DNA from: an uncultured archaeon | GTDB lineage: Archaea > Micrarchaeota > Micrarchaeia > Micrarchaeales > CABMGC01 | Length of the DNA: 32,000 nt | NCBI GenBank assembly: GCA_963704435.1 | Contig: OY969902.1 | Span: 690,001-722,000, forward strand | Direction of reading: 5' to 3' | Part shown: in pieces, positions 9,391 through 18,397 of the stretch | How the letters are laid out: each line of letters starts with the position of its first letter | Numbering within the stretch: position 1 is the stretch's first letter | Translations under genes and position numbers: made by a program | The notes under the pieces: generated by a model | Told to the model about the DNA's origin: nothing | Databases searched by the model: none | Seen by the model: only the letters and a program-made list of their open reading frames with translations

Positions 9391-10854
9391 TCAGTTCATC
9401 TTCTTCTCGGCTCTTAGCATCTCGAGCGCCAGGGACCTGTTGCTGCCTATGACGTTCTCGCTCTCGGCGTCGTCCTCGCTCAGGTCGTAGAGCTCCTTCT
9501 TCCCGCCTCTGTAGGACATCAGCTTGAAGCCTTTGTAATACGTGGCAGTGGCGAACTTGTTGTAGGCCATCTTGGTCCTGTATATGGCGTCCGCGTTCTT
9601 GGACCTCCTCCTCAGCAGCTCGAGCAGGTAGGTGTCCCAGACCTCGGTTATCCCGACGTGGTCCGAGAACACGAAGTTGTCCCTCCTGAGCTGCCCGTTT
9701 ATCTCGTCGGCCCTGCCGTAGCCTATGTTGACTATCGAGTCGCGCAGCGCCGTGAGGCTCACGTACTTGTCCACCTCCTCCCTGTTGCTCACCTGCCTGC
9801 CGTTCTCGAACCTCGCGGTTATCAGCGGCACCCGGGTCAGCTGCTCGTACGGGAACATGTTGTGGTACATCTGGCCGTGCTCCATGAACGCCTGGCCGTG
9901 GTCGCTCGCGAGCACCACGACCGCGTTGTCCAGGGCGCCGTTCCTCTTAAGTATCCCCATCAGGTCCGCCACCCGTGCGTCGAGGTAGGCGATCCGCTTC
10001 TCATATGCCTCGCGTATCTTCTTCACTCGGTCTGGCTCCAGGAGCCCGCTCATGTACAGCCACTTGTCCTGCTCGACATACGTGTCCGAGACGAGGTTCG
10101 TGGGATAGCCCTCGTGGCCCTCCATGTAGCTTATGAACATGAAGCTGCTCCTGCCCTGCGAGCCCTTGAGGTACGAGTCGATGAGAGCGTTCGTCTTCCT
10201 CGCCCCGGCGTCTATCTTGTAGAACCCGTACTCCTCGGAGAACTTCTTGTTCAGCCTCGTCCTGAGGTCCATGTAGAGCCTGTCGAGCCTCTTTTCGGGT
10301 ATCAGCCGCGATATGGCGGACGCGAGCTCGATCAGCCTCTTCCTCGCCATGTCGCTCGACACCAGCCGCAGCGACGACTTCACCAGCGGTGTGCCCGAAT
10401 CAAGCTTGTCGTTTATCCATACGTTGTGCGTGGACATGAATCCGCTGGCCAGCCCGGTCTGCACGCTGATGAACGGGCTGTTTGAGAAGAGGGCGGTTTC
10501 ATAGCCGAGGTAGCTCATCTGCTTCGCCAGCGTTATCTCCTTGGATTCGAGGTAGGACCTCTTCTTCAGGAAGGGGTCCGTGTTCGCGTCGGCGTTCTTG
10601 ATCGGGTCCTTGTTCAGCTCCCTTATGCCCTTGACCCGCTTTCCGAGGAATATGGAGACGTGCGAAGGGACGGTGAAGGTCCCAGGGGATATCGCGTTCC
10701 GGTAGACCACGCCCCGTCCTGCTATCCCGTCTATCGTGCTGAGCCTGCGGCGTCCGCCGTAGGAGGCGGTGTTGTCCGCCCTCAGCGTGTCGAGCATGAC
10801 GAATATTACGTTGGGCCTGCCGGACTTCAATGGATCACGCATGCGCGGCTGCAA
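9391..10854 (-). CDS. Sulfatase-like / alkaline phosphatase superfamily enzyme
   Basis: [19 protein letters not shown]...[16 protein letters not shown] and [15 protein letters not shown] motifs. Confidence 0.85.
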   Translation of the reverse strand: MQPRMRDPLKSGRPNVIFVMLDTLRADNTASYGGRRRLSTIDGIAGRGVVYRNAISPGTFTVPSHVSIFLGKRVKGIRELNKDPIKNADANTDPFLKKRSYLESKEITLAKQMSYLGYETALFSNSPFISVQTGLASGFMSTHNVWINDKLDSGTPLVKSSLRLVSSDMARKRLIELASAISRLIPEKRLDRLYMDLRTRLNKKFSEEYGFYKIDAGARKTNALIDSYLKGSQGRSSFMFISYMEGHEGYPTNLVSDTYVEQDKWLYMSGLLEPDRVKKIREAYEKRIAYLDARVADLMGILKRNGALDNAVVVLASDHGQAFMEHGQMYHNMFPYEQLTRVPLITARFENGRQVSNREEVDKYVSLTALRDSIVNIGYGRADEINGQLRRDNFVFSDHVGITEVWDTYLLELLRRRSKNADAIYRTKMAYNKFATATYYKGFKLMSYRGGKKELYDLSEDDAESENVIGSNRSLALEMLRAEKKMN

Positions 10855-10923
10855 ACCGATTGGTAAGCCGCTTCAGGACAAATTGCCACTCAAGGTTTTT
10901 ATTGATTCTGTAAAGCTTCGCGA

Positions 10924-11883
10924 TCACTTGGATATGTCCAGGTAGGAGAGCATTATCGGGAGTATTATGGTAGCGTCCCCGTCTATGGTGACCTGCCTGG
11001 CCCTCTCCTTGACCTTGCCCCACGACACTGCCTCTGTCAGCCTGGCGCCGGATAGGCTTCCGTCGAACTGCGTGGCCGTGGTTATGTAGACCGCGTAGTC
11101 GAGCCCGCCCTTGAACTGGTTCCACCAGATAACGTGGTGCTTGCTGATGCCACCGCCAACCATCAGAGCGCCGGTCTTCTTGTTGTCGAATGCTATGTTG
11201 CTGAGGGCTATCTCGTCCCTTATCAGGTTGAGCTTGAAGTCGCTGTGGCTCTGCGAGAACACTGTCATCTGCGTGCCGAAGGCCCCGTCGAGTATGCCCG
11301 GGTTGAATATCGGGACGTCGTGGAGGTATGCCTGCCTGATTATGGAGCCCTTGTCAGTCATCCTCTTTCCGAACTCCCGTATGAGCTCGCTCGCGCTGTA
11401 CTCCTTCTTGTAGTCCTTGGAGGCGTAGATTTCGCCCATTATCTTCTCGAAGTACTCCTCTACGGCGAGGCCGTACTCGTCCTGGCCTATGAATACGTTG
11501 CCGAGCCGGTACACCTTGCGCTTGAACAGGTCCGCGTCGTCCGCGTAGAAGCTTCCGACGCTGTACTTGCCTCCGTGGGCCCTCGCCAGGTCGTGGTCGA
11601 GCGTTCCGCACGTCGTGATTATCGCGTCGAAGTACCTGACTGACGTGGCCAGAGCCCCCCTCAGTCCGGTCGCCACGATGTCCGCGGGGAACGATAGGAA
11701 GTTGAATGACGACTCGTCCCTGAGCATCTCTCCGACAATCTTTATGCCGTCGACCATGTGCTGGGCGGAGAATCCGCCGACGCTGTCCATGGAGTCGATG
11801 AGCTCCTTGACGGTCATGCCCTTCCTGAGCTCTATGTCCTTGACGTGCCTCTTCAGCAGTTCCCTGTTGCTTATTGCAGCCAT
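10924..11883 (-). CDS. dys: Deoxyhypusine synthase
   Basis: SFPADIVATGLRGALATSVRYFDAIITTCGTLDHDLAR and VGGGISKHHVIWWNQFKGGLDYAVYITTATQFDGSLSGA. The internal ATG at 11883 is preferred over 11910. Confidence 0.95.
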   Translation of the reverse strand: MAAISNRELLKRHVKDIELRKGMTVKELIDSMDSVGGFSAQHMVDGIKIVGEMLRDESSFNFLSFPADIVATGLRGALATSVRYFDAIITTCGTLDHDLARAHGGKYSVGSFYADDADLFKRKVYRLGNVFIGQDEYGLAVEEYFEKIMGEIYASKDYKKEYSASELIREFGKRMTDKGSIIRQAYLHDVPIFNPGILDGAFGTQMTVFSQSHSDFKLNLIRDEIALSNIAFDNKKTGALMVGGGISKHHVIWWNQFKGGLDYAVYITTATQFDGSLSGARLTEAVSWGKVKERARQVTIDGDATIILPIMLSYLDISK

Positions 11884-11984
11884 AAAAACACCGCGCGATG
11901 GATTGCGCATATGCTTATGGCTTGGATAAAGATAAATGGCTATGCCGTCGAGCCAGCAGGGGTATTATTTCCTACTCAGAGAAG

Positions 11985-12215
11985 TCAATCAATATGGCTG
12001 TCCCTTCTGTGCCTTGTAGCGCTTTCCCTAACGGTTTTCATCAAAGCAGAAGGTAATGACTCTTTATTGGTTCGATCTTCAATCAAATCCCAGAACGCTC
12101 TTAGCTGAGGCACAGTAAATCCTTCCTCAGTTACGGCCTGTTTTACTACCTGTTGCTGTGCTAAAGCAGGACTGTCCGCCGGCCCTCCCTTTTTATCGCT
12201 AAGTAGTTGCATCAT
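11985..12215 (-). CDS. Small hypothetical protein
   Basis: 76-aa ORF in an otherwise non-coding, AT-richer gap; no recognisable family. Confidence 0.4.
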   Translation of the reverse strand: MMQLLSDKKGGPADSPALAQQQVVKQAVTEEGFTVPQLRAFWDLIEDRTNKESLPSALMKTVRESATRHRRDSHID

Positions 12216-12304
12216 ATTATCGAATAGAATAATGAATTTCTTCGTATTTAAACGTCCTTTCCCATCACGTCAATTGTCTTATTTGAAGCGATCGCGTCCG
12301 TGAC

Positions 12305-12709
12305 CTAATCCCTCATATTCAAATCGTTTTTTTCTTCAAGGGAGAACAGTAGCTCCTCATTGTCGTCTTTTGCTGCCTTCACTCTGGTCTTCTTTCCGCA
12401 TCCGGCGCACTCATAATGTATGATGAAAGAGTTACCGTCGTATTCCGTACTGACGGGGATCATGAGCGCGCCGCATCTGGAAGCTCTGTCCCCCGGCTTA
12501 TTGTCAACATGCTTGCTCGTGAGGCATTTCGGACAGTGGTCCGTATAGCCACCGCCTTTCACACGCGTGCCGCATACCTCACACACGAAATCCTCGACGC
12601 GCTTCTGGAAATCGACTGACCCCAATCCGCTCCGTCTCGCGGGCGGGCTGTCGAAGCCCCTTGACCTCGCAACCCCCTTTTTGCCATGGTTTTTTGACTT
12701 TTGCAGCAT
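12305..12709 (-). CDS. RNHCP-domain-like zinc-ribbon protein
   Basis: FVCEVCGTRV...YTDHCPKCLTSKHVDNKPGDRASRCGALMIPV...YECAGCGKKTRVKAAKDDN. The true start may be the internal GTG at about 12616. Confidence 0.75.
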   Translation of the reverse strand: MLQKSKNHGKKGVARSRGFDSPPARRSGLGSVDFQKRVEDFVCEVCGTRVKGGGYTDHCPKCLTSKHVDNKPGDRASRCGALMIPVSTEYDGNSFIIHYECAGCGKKTRVKAAKDDNEELLFSLEEKNDLNMRD

Positions 12710-12794
12710 CTCCTCACCCGTACACCAAAGTCATTCGGTGTGAACATTTTTATTTCTTCAATACAACAACATTTTATAACATTAGGTGGTTTAC

Positions 12795-13019
12795 ATGGTG
12801 AAGAAAGGCGCAGCCAAGAGAAAGTACACAACAATAACCATTCCTTCCCCTCTTTTTGCAAAGCTCCAGGAAAAGATCAAGAGCACGGGATTCTCCTCGG
12901 TCTCCGACTATGTTACCTACATACTCCGCGAGACGATAACCGAGATTGAGCTGAAGAAGGCAGGCAAGGAGAAGGCAGGGGGCGTTATCGAGAAGCTCAG
13001 GGCGCTCGGATACGACTGA
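12795..13019 (+). CDS. Ribbon-helix-helix family DNA-binding protein with C-terminal EKLRALGYD tail
   Basis: KRKYTTITIPSPLFAKLQEKIKSTGFSSVSDYVTYILRETI is an RHH-like pattern. A GTG alternative start lies at 12786. Confidence 0.8.
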   Translation: MVKKGAAKRKYTTITIPSPLFAKLQEKIKSTGFSSVSDYVTYILRETITEIELKKAGKEKAGGVIEKLRALGYD

Positions 13020-13043
13020 CTGCACGCAAAACGAGTTGCGCAA

Positions 13044-13796
13044 ATGACGAAGCAGGACCTGAAGGCGCTTGAGGAAAGGAGCATCTACCTAGTCAGGGAC
13101 GCCAATGAGAAGTTCCGGAACGTCGCGGTTCTCTGGGGCACGGGGAAGGACAGCACAATTCTTCTGTATCTGATAAAGAAGGCATTCCGCGGCAAGGTCC
13201 CATTTGCCGTGGTTAGCGTGGACAACGGCGCCGAGTTTCCCGAGACGATTGCCTTACGGAATGAGCTGGCTAGGACGTGGAAGCTCAATCTCATAGTCGT
13301 GCCTAGCGGATCCGAATCCGGAGCGAGAAGCCCGGGATGCTGCGGCGAGAGCAAGGAACAGGCGCTCTCCAGGGCCATCGCAAAGCGCAAGTTCGATGCG
13401 GTTCTGGTCTCGACCAGGTCCGACGAGGAGCGCTATTTTCGGAACCGCGTCAGCTCAAAATCAAGCAAGGGTCAGATTGAGATGCGTGACGACAGGTCGT
13501 CCAAGCTCGAGGTCAAGGGCTGCGCTACCGTAGCCCCAATTCTTGACTGGACCGGAATCGACGTGTGGAACTACATCGAATCCGAGCGGATACCGCTGAA
13601 TCCCCTTTATCTCGCGCTTAATGGAAGCCGGTATGGGAGAATCGGATGCACGCGCTGCTCCGTACCCATCAAGTCGGGCGCGGACAGCGTCTCCAAGATA
13701 ATAAAGGAGTCCGAAGCGCGCGGCGCAGGCGCGAATCCAGGCGGCAGATCCGAGAAGGACCTGCTCCTGCAGAAGCTGAGGGCCCTGGGCTACTAG
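13044..13796 (+). CDS. CysD/PAPS-reductase-like adenine nucleotide alpha-hydrolase family protein
   Basis: VAVLWGTGKDSTILLYLIKKAFRGKVPFAVVSVDNGAEFPETIALR, RSDEERYFRNR, APILDWTGIDVWNYIESERIPLNPLY and GRIGCTRCSVPIKSGADSVSKIIKE. Confidence 0.88.
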   Translation: MTKQDLKALEERSIYLVRDANEKFRNVAVLWGTGKDSTILLYLIKKAFRGKVPFAVVSVDNGAEFPETIALRNELARTWKLNLIVVPSGSESGARSPGCCGESKEQALSRAIAKRKFDAVLVSTRSDEERYFRNRVSSKSSKGQIEMRDDRSSKLEVKGCATVAPILDWTGIDVWNYIESERIPLNPLYLALNGSRYGRIGCTRCSVPIKSGADSVSKIIKESEARGAGANPGGRSEKDLLLQKLRALGY

Positions 13797-15043
13797 CTGC
13801 CCGGGCCGCGCGTCCTGAAAAACCTCACTTTCGGCTTCTCGCTCTTCTGCATCTTCCTTACGTCAATACCCTTCACGAAGGATATGTTGGCGGGTATCGC
13901 GAACGTCTCCGCCCTGACCTCGTCGCTGTACAGCTTGCGCATCGCCTCCTTGTCCCCCTGCAGCGCGGCGTTGATGAAGGCGCGGACGTTGACGAGCGAA
14001 GAGTATCTGTCCGATCTCACTTCCTCCATGCCCTTCGGGAGCATTATCGCGAGCGGCACCCTCACGATCTCGTCGGACAGCGCAGGCCCGTGGCCGATGA
14101 AGCCGTGCTCTCCGAACTCCTGCCCGTGGTCCGAAGCGATTATTATCATCTGGTCCTCCCCGAACCTGTCGATAAGGTCCTCGACGATCTCCAGTGTGTA
14201 CCGGTAGCATTTCAGGGATGCCTTCTCGTAGAGCCGCTTCCACAGCGCTATGAGCTTGGGGTCGGTCTTCTTCTTCATGAAGGGTGTCGACCACGTGAAG
14301 TCCCTCTCCTTGACTCCGACGTAGGGGTCGTGCGGCTCCATGAAGTCGACAAAGAGGAAGAAGGGTTTCTTGAACCGGGACTTCTTCTCGGTCGCGACCG
14401 TGGGCCGCCCTCCCTTCTCTATGGGCCAGCCGTCGATGAACCGGGCCTTGAGCTTTTTCATCGCGGCCACAGGGGTCAGGACGACCCCCGAGGCTATCGC
14501 CTCGAAAAATAGGTTCGGGTCCTCCTTGAGGATGGACATGGAGATTCTGAACAGGTCCCCGACTCCGAGGTCCCCGCCGTGCTCGTTCCTGTACTTAGAG
14601 GCGGCGATCTTGGCCTTCTGCGAGGCCTCGACGACCATGCCGAACACGTCGGTGAAGTACGGCTCCTCCTTGAATTTGTCGAATTCGTCGAACCCGTACA
14701 CGGGATGGAAGAACGGGTTTGCGGATATGGCGTAGGTCCTGTAGCCGGCGTCCTTCAGGTCGCTCACCAAGGTCCTCGCGTTCAGCCTTATCCTATCTAT
14801 GTCCAGGCACTTTATGTCCTTCGTCTCGTGCGCGCCGTGCTCGCTGGCGTAGGTGCCCGTGAGCAGCGAAGCCGTTGACGGGAGCGTCCAGGTGCCGGGG
14901 GCTATGCACTTGTCTAGGCATATGAAGTTGCCGAGCTCGGAGAGCTGCATCCCCCTCCTGGTCGAGAGGTCCTTGAAGGTGTCGAGCCTCATCGTGTCCA
15001 TTATGATTATCGTTATGTTGAACTTCTTCATTGGAAAGCCCAC
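13793..15043 (-). CDS. Second sulfatase-like / alkaline phosphatase superfamily enzyme
   Basis: ITIIIMDTMRLDTF...APGTWTLPSTASLLTGTYASEHGAHE, PFFLFVDFMEPHDPY and MIIIASDHGQEFGEHGFIGHG. Confidence 0.88.
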   Translation of the reverse strand: MGFPMKKFNITIIIMDTMRLDTFKDLSTRRGMQLSELGNFICLDKCIAPGTWTLPSTASLLTGTYASEHGAHETKDIKCLDIDRIRLNARTLVSDLKDAGYRTYAISANPFFHPVYGFDEFDKFKEEPYFTDVFGMVVEASQKAKIAASKYRNEHGGDLGVGDLFRISMSILKEDPNLFFEAIASGVVLTPVAAMKKLKARFIDGWPIEKGGRPTVATEKKSRFKKPFFLFVDFMEPHDPYVGVKERDFTWSTPFMKKKTDPKLIALWKRLYEKASLKCYRYTLEIVEDLIDRFGEDQMIIIASDHGQEFGEHGFIGHGPALSDEIVRVPLAIMLPKGMEEVRSDRYSSLVNVRAFINAALQGDKEAMRKLYSDEVRAETFAIPANISFVKGIDVRKMQKSEKPKVRFFRTRGPGS

Positions 15044-15130
15044 CGTTGTATTCTGGGAATATCTCTCCTTTGCTATTTAAAGCCAGACGCTAGGTAAAGG
15101 CGGCATCCCTCTCAGCCACGTCATTTAAGG

Positions 15131-15907
15131 TCAGCGCATGACGAAATTCACATTCACGCTCTTCTGCACTGTCACCGATCCGCCGAAGAACAGAGAACTG
15201 TTGCGCACCGCAGCTATGCCCATTGAGGTGTCAGAGGCATAAACAGGGTAGAATATCTGGCTGTTCTGCACCGTTATGTTCTTTATTTCTACAGAGGTTC
15301 CGCTCACTGCCAGGATCTTGGCCTGAGAGGTCGCGTTGGCAAGAGCCCTGGATAGGGCAAGCTGGCCCAGCGCGCCCTGCTGGCCTGGGGACAGCTGCGC
15401 CTGCACGTTCTGCAGCTGCAGCCCTGGAATCGCGGAGAGCTGGGTGATTGCGGCGGACGCATTCCCTATGTTGGGTATCGTGACAGAGATGTATTCAGAA
15501 GCTGCAAAATATGGCAGTTTCTGCGGAACGCAGTAGGTCCCTATGGTTATGTTCATCTTCGGATAAGTGCAGATGGTTGGCTGGTAGATGCTGTACGACT
15601 GCGTCTGGATGTCGGACGCGTTTCCGTTCACGAGGGGCATCAGCGTATTGTTCAGCACGTTGGTGAGAACGCTAAGGTTTGCGTTTGCGGCGCCTGCCGT
15701 CCTTCCGGTAGCGTTCAGTTGGACGGAAAGCACGGCCTCAGCAGGTTTGGTGGCCGCGGTACCCACCGCAGTCACGGTTATGGTTGGCGGATGAGGTAGC
15801 CAGACCAGAACGGCAGACGCAAAGATCACGAGGAATGCCGCGATGACCGCTATCGCTACAATTATGACGAGACTCGCACGGCAGGAATTCTTGGCGGGTG
15901 ATGGCAC
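15131..15907 (-). CDS. Secreted/anchored SIMPL-domain (DUF541-like) protein
   Basis: N-terminal TM helix, then PPTITVTAVGTAATKPAEAVLSVQLNATG... and LALSRALANATSQAKILAVSGTS, the typical SIMPL pattern. Confidence 0.75.
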   Translation of the reverse strand: MPSPAKNSCRASLVIIVAIAVIAAFLVIFASAVLVWLPHPPTITVTAVGTAATKPAEAVLSVQLNATGRTAGAANANLSVLTNVLNNTLMPLVNGNASDIQTQSYSIYQPTICTYPKMNITIGTYCVPQKLPYFAASEYISVTIPNIGNASAAITQLSAIPGLQLQNVQAQLSPGQQGALGQLALSRALANATSQAKILAVSGTSVEIKNITVQNSQIFYPVYASDTSMGIAAVRNSSLFFGGSVTVQKSVNVNFVMR

Positions 15908-15992
15908 GCTATCACTGCACGTAGTTTGCTGAGCAGGCTTAAATGCCTTGTTCCTGCTGGTCTTCCATACGGGCCAGCACAGTCCAGCAATC

Positions 15993-16886
15993 TCAGCCTG
16001 CGACGTTGGTTATCGCCGCCAGCGCCCCGCCGAATAGCGCGAGCCCTCCCAGCGCAGCGGTCAGGTACACTATCTTTGAGTGTTTCGCTATCCTCAGCAG
16101 GAAATCTATAAGCAGCAGGCTCACCACGGTGGACACGGCTATGGCTATCATAAGCCCGGGCACGCCTATCGCGCCCACCGCCGTTGCTACGCTGGCCCTG
16201 CTCACCACCAGAGTGAGGGCCACGGCCGCGCTAGTCGCGAATATCGAGTTGAGGAACGAGAGCCTGAAGGCCTCGTCCGCCTCCACGTTCAGGAGCAGCA
16301 TCGTGCTGGTGGTCGCCCCAGACCTGCTGACCCCCGGAAGCGCCGCGATTCCCTGCGCGATGCCGACCAGCACGTAATCGACGATTCCCATGTCCTTGAG
16401 CTTCCTCCTCTTGCCTGCAGCAGAGCGAGCCGACCTAGCGTGCCTTATCAGGAACGCATCCCCAATCAGTATGATGCCCATGAGCAGCATCGGTATGCCT
16501 GCGTTGTACGTTCCCTGGATCGAGTCCACCACGAGATATAGCGGCGCCCCGATGATTCCGGTAAATACCATCGAGACCAGAATGTAGTTGAAGAGGCGCC
16601 TGCTGTCGGCGTCGCCGCGCCTTGCAAGGAAGCGGACCATCGAGGCCAGCTCCTTCCTGAAATAGATTATCGCGGCGAACACGGTGCCTATCTCCATGAA
16701 CAGGCCGAACGTATACGCCTCGCTGAACGGCAGGTTAAGCAGGTACGTGGAGACGATTATGACCTGCGTCTTGCTGCTTATTGGGAGCCACTCGGATATG
16801 CCCTGCACTACGCCGAGCACGATCCCGTAGAGCGCCTGCTGGAGGCTAATCGAAGCCAGCATAAGGAGGCTCAGCAGATTCGGCAT
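15993..16886 (-). CDS. uppP: Undecaprenyl-diphosphatase (UppP/BacA family)
   Basis: GVVQGISEWLPISSKTQV and IAQGIAALPGVSRSGATTSTMLLL motifs with multiple TM segments. The start may be at an internal Met. Confidence 0.9.
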   Translation of the reverse strand: MPNLLSLLMLASISLQQALYGIVLGVVQGISEWLPISSKTQVIIVSTYLLNLPFSEAYTFGLFMEIGTVFAAIIYFRKELASMVRFLARRGDADSRRLFNYILVSMVFTGIIGAPLYLVVDSIQGTYNAGIPMLLMGIILIGDAFLIRHARSARSAAGKRRKLKDMGIVDYVLVGIAQGIAALPGVSRSGATTSTMLLLNVEADEAFRLSFLNSIFATSAAVALTLVVSRASVATAVGAIGVPGLMIAIAVSTVVSLLLIDFLLRIAKHSKIVYLTAALGGLALFGGALAAITNVAG

Positions 16887-16960
16887 AAGGGGTGTTCCTG
16901 TTGCAAACTATAAAAAGCATCCGCAGCGGCAAAAAGAGAGAAAAGTGGGTGCTGCGAGCG

Positions 16961-17725
16961 CTACGTTATGTCCTGCGCCACTATCGTTGCCAGCGATGTC
17001 TGTGCGACATTGTTGGAGATTACAATTACTTCAGTAACTTCGTTGCCTTTGTACCCTACCATCTCCGCGCCAACAACACCGCTTCCATAAGAATATGTCA
17101 TTCCGTTAAGGCTGGACACAGTGGCGGTACCCCCTGTGATGGCCGTGAATGACACGTTTTGGATCATCTTTGAATACAGGAACGCCGGAACTTGCGATTG
17201 CAGCGTTATCATAAACAGGCTTGATCCATACGGATTTGCGCTTGAAGCATTCAGGGTGTAGGTGGAGAAGAATGCATTTGTGACATTGTTAGTGAAGTAG
17301 GTGCTGATGTATTTAGCGCTAACCGAAGGAGGCACGGCTTTTACTCCACCGGTCGAATTAAAAACGCCTCCTGAACCGAGCAGCGATACCGCCTGTTGGT
17401 AGCTCATATATGACTGTCCGGGGCCACCGCCCTGGCTTGCATAGTATGCGGGTCCGGAATTGCCACTTGACGATGCTATAGAAGTCGTAGGTGCCGTAGT
17501 TGCCTGGGTAGTCGGAGAAGTCGTAGGCGATGTAGTTGGAGCAGTTGTAGGCGATGTCGTAGGAGACGTTGTAGGCGACGTAGTCAGGGCCGAAGTCTGC
17601 GGTACCGTTGTTGGAAATGTTGTAGTGCTCGTTACGTTATTTCTAGGCAGCACCAGCAATACTGCTGCTGCTACAATAATCACTATGACGACAGCCGCAC
17701 CTATTAAGGCAGAATTATTTGCCAT
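16961..17725 (-). CDS. Membrane-anchored surface protein with Thr/Ser/Pro stalk
   Basis: N-terminal TM helix (ALIGAAVVIVIIVAAAVLLVL), then (TSPT) repeats, then a Ser/Asn-rich extracellular-like domain. Confidence 0.8.
   Translation of the reverse strand: MANNSALIGAAVVIVIIVAAAVLLVLPRNNVTSTTTFPTTVPQTSALTTSPTTSPTTSPTTAPTTSPTTSPTTQATTAPTTSIASSSGNSGPAYYASQGGGPGQSYMSYQQAVSLLGSGGVFNSTGGVKAVPPSVSAKYISTYFTNNVTNAFFSTYTLNASSANPYGSSLFMITLQSQVPAFLYSKMIQNVSFTAITGGTATVSSLNGMTYSYGSGVVGAEMVGYKGNEVTEVIVISNNVAQTSLATIVAQDIT
17508..17589 (+). repeat. 12-bp minisatellite coding for the TSPT/APT stalk
   Basis: Tandem units gtagtcggagaa/gtcgtaggcgat/gtagttggagca/gttgtaggcgat/gtcgtaggagac/gttgtaggcgac, read on the + strand. 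Confidence 0.85.
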
Positions 17726-17773
17726 GATTATCGAAATTAGTCCACATCTACATTATAAAAATGTTCCGTTGGC

Positions 17774-17832
17774 TTGGGGTTGCCGATATATGGTCTTTAC
17801 GTCGCAATTGGGGATTGTATGTATAAATATAT
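17774..17832 (+). repeat. 59-bp dispersed repeat, copy 1
   Basis: ttggggttgccgatatatggtctttacgtcgcaattggggattgtatgtataaatatat; 56/59 identical to copy 2. Confidence 0.95.
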
Positions 17833-17888
17833 GTTATGATATACACATGAACAAAACTAAAATTTAAAGAGAAATATTTTACTGTGAT

Positions 17889-18332
17889 TTGATGACCACC
17901 AAGAGGCAAGTTGCGTACAAAAAAGAGATACGAAAGCTAATATCAGGGAGAAAGATAGATGCAAGACTCCAGGAGCTAGGAGGCGACTGGCGCGGAGAGA
18001 TGCTTTCCCGTCTTCGCGCTTTGATCAAGCAAGCCGACCCTGAAGCCATGGAAGAAGTGAAGTGGATAAAGCCGACCAATCCGCTGGGCACCGCAATTTG
18101 GTCCCACGAAGGGTCGATCTGCACCTGCGAGATCTACAAGAATGTCGTAAAGATGACATTCTCTAGGGGTGCCTCGTTGGATGACCCTTCAGGCCTCTTC
18201 AATTCTAGTCTCGAGGCTAGAGTGTGGCGCGCCATCGACTTCCACGAAGGCGACAAGATTAACGAGAAGGCTTTGAAAACTCTTATCCGCTCTGCTGTAG
18301 CCCTGAACATTAAAAAAAGCATGCACGATTGA
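17889..18332 (+). CDS. DUF1801-like (YdhG-type) small protein
   Basis: LQELGGDWRGEMLSRLRALIKQADPEAMEEVKWIKPTNPLGTAIWSHEGSICTCEIYKNVVKMTFSRGASLDDP...ARVWRAIDFHEGDKINEKALKTLIRSAVALN. Confidence 0.75.
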   Translation: MMTTKRQVAYKKEIRKLISGRKIDARLQELGGDWRGEMLSRLRALIKQADPEAMEEVKWIKPTNPLGTAIWSHEGSICTCEIYKNVVKMTFSRGASLDDPSGLFNSSLEARVWRAIDFHEGDKINEKALKTLIRSAVALNIKKSMHD

Positions 18333-18338
18333 AAAGGT

Positions 18339-18397
18339 TTGGGGTTGCTGATATATGGTCTTTACGTCGCAATTGGGGATTGTATGCCTAAATATAT
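18339..18397 (+). repeat. 59-bp dispersed repeat, copy 2
   Basis: ttggggttgctgatatatggtctttacgtcgcaattggggattgtatgcctaaatatat; three mismatches against copy 1. Confidence 0.95.

Noticed and set aside
12640-12700. GC-rich segment with a CAACCCCC run that looked like a tRNA end
   Set aside because: No T-arm, acceptor complement or anticodon arm could be built around it.
13646-14512. 288-aa plus-strand ORF antisense to the sulfatase-like gene
   Set aside because: Arg/Leu/His/Val-rich mirror frame; no motif support.
16892-17152. 86-aa plus-strand ORF
   Set aside because: It overlaps the start of the stalk protein's 3' region in antisense and has no recognisable features.
17460-17867. 135-aa plus-strand ORF opposite the TSP-stalk gene
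   Set aside because: It reads the minisatellite as VGDVVG repeats in antisense. The stalk protein on the minus strand has a TM helix and a plausible exported domain.
17774-18397. Two-copy 59-bp repeat as a CRISPR or classical IS terminal repeat
   Set aside because: There are only two copies about 565 bp apart in direct orientation, with a gene between them and no spacer pattern, transposase or terminal inverted repeats.
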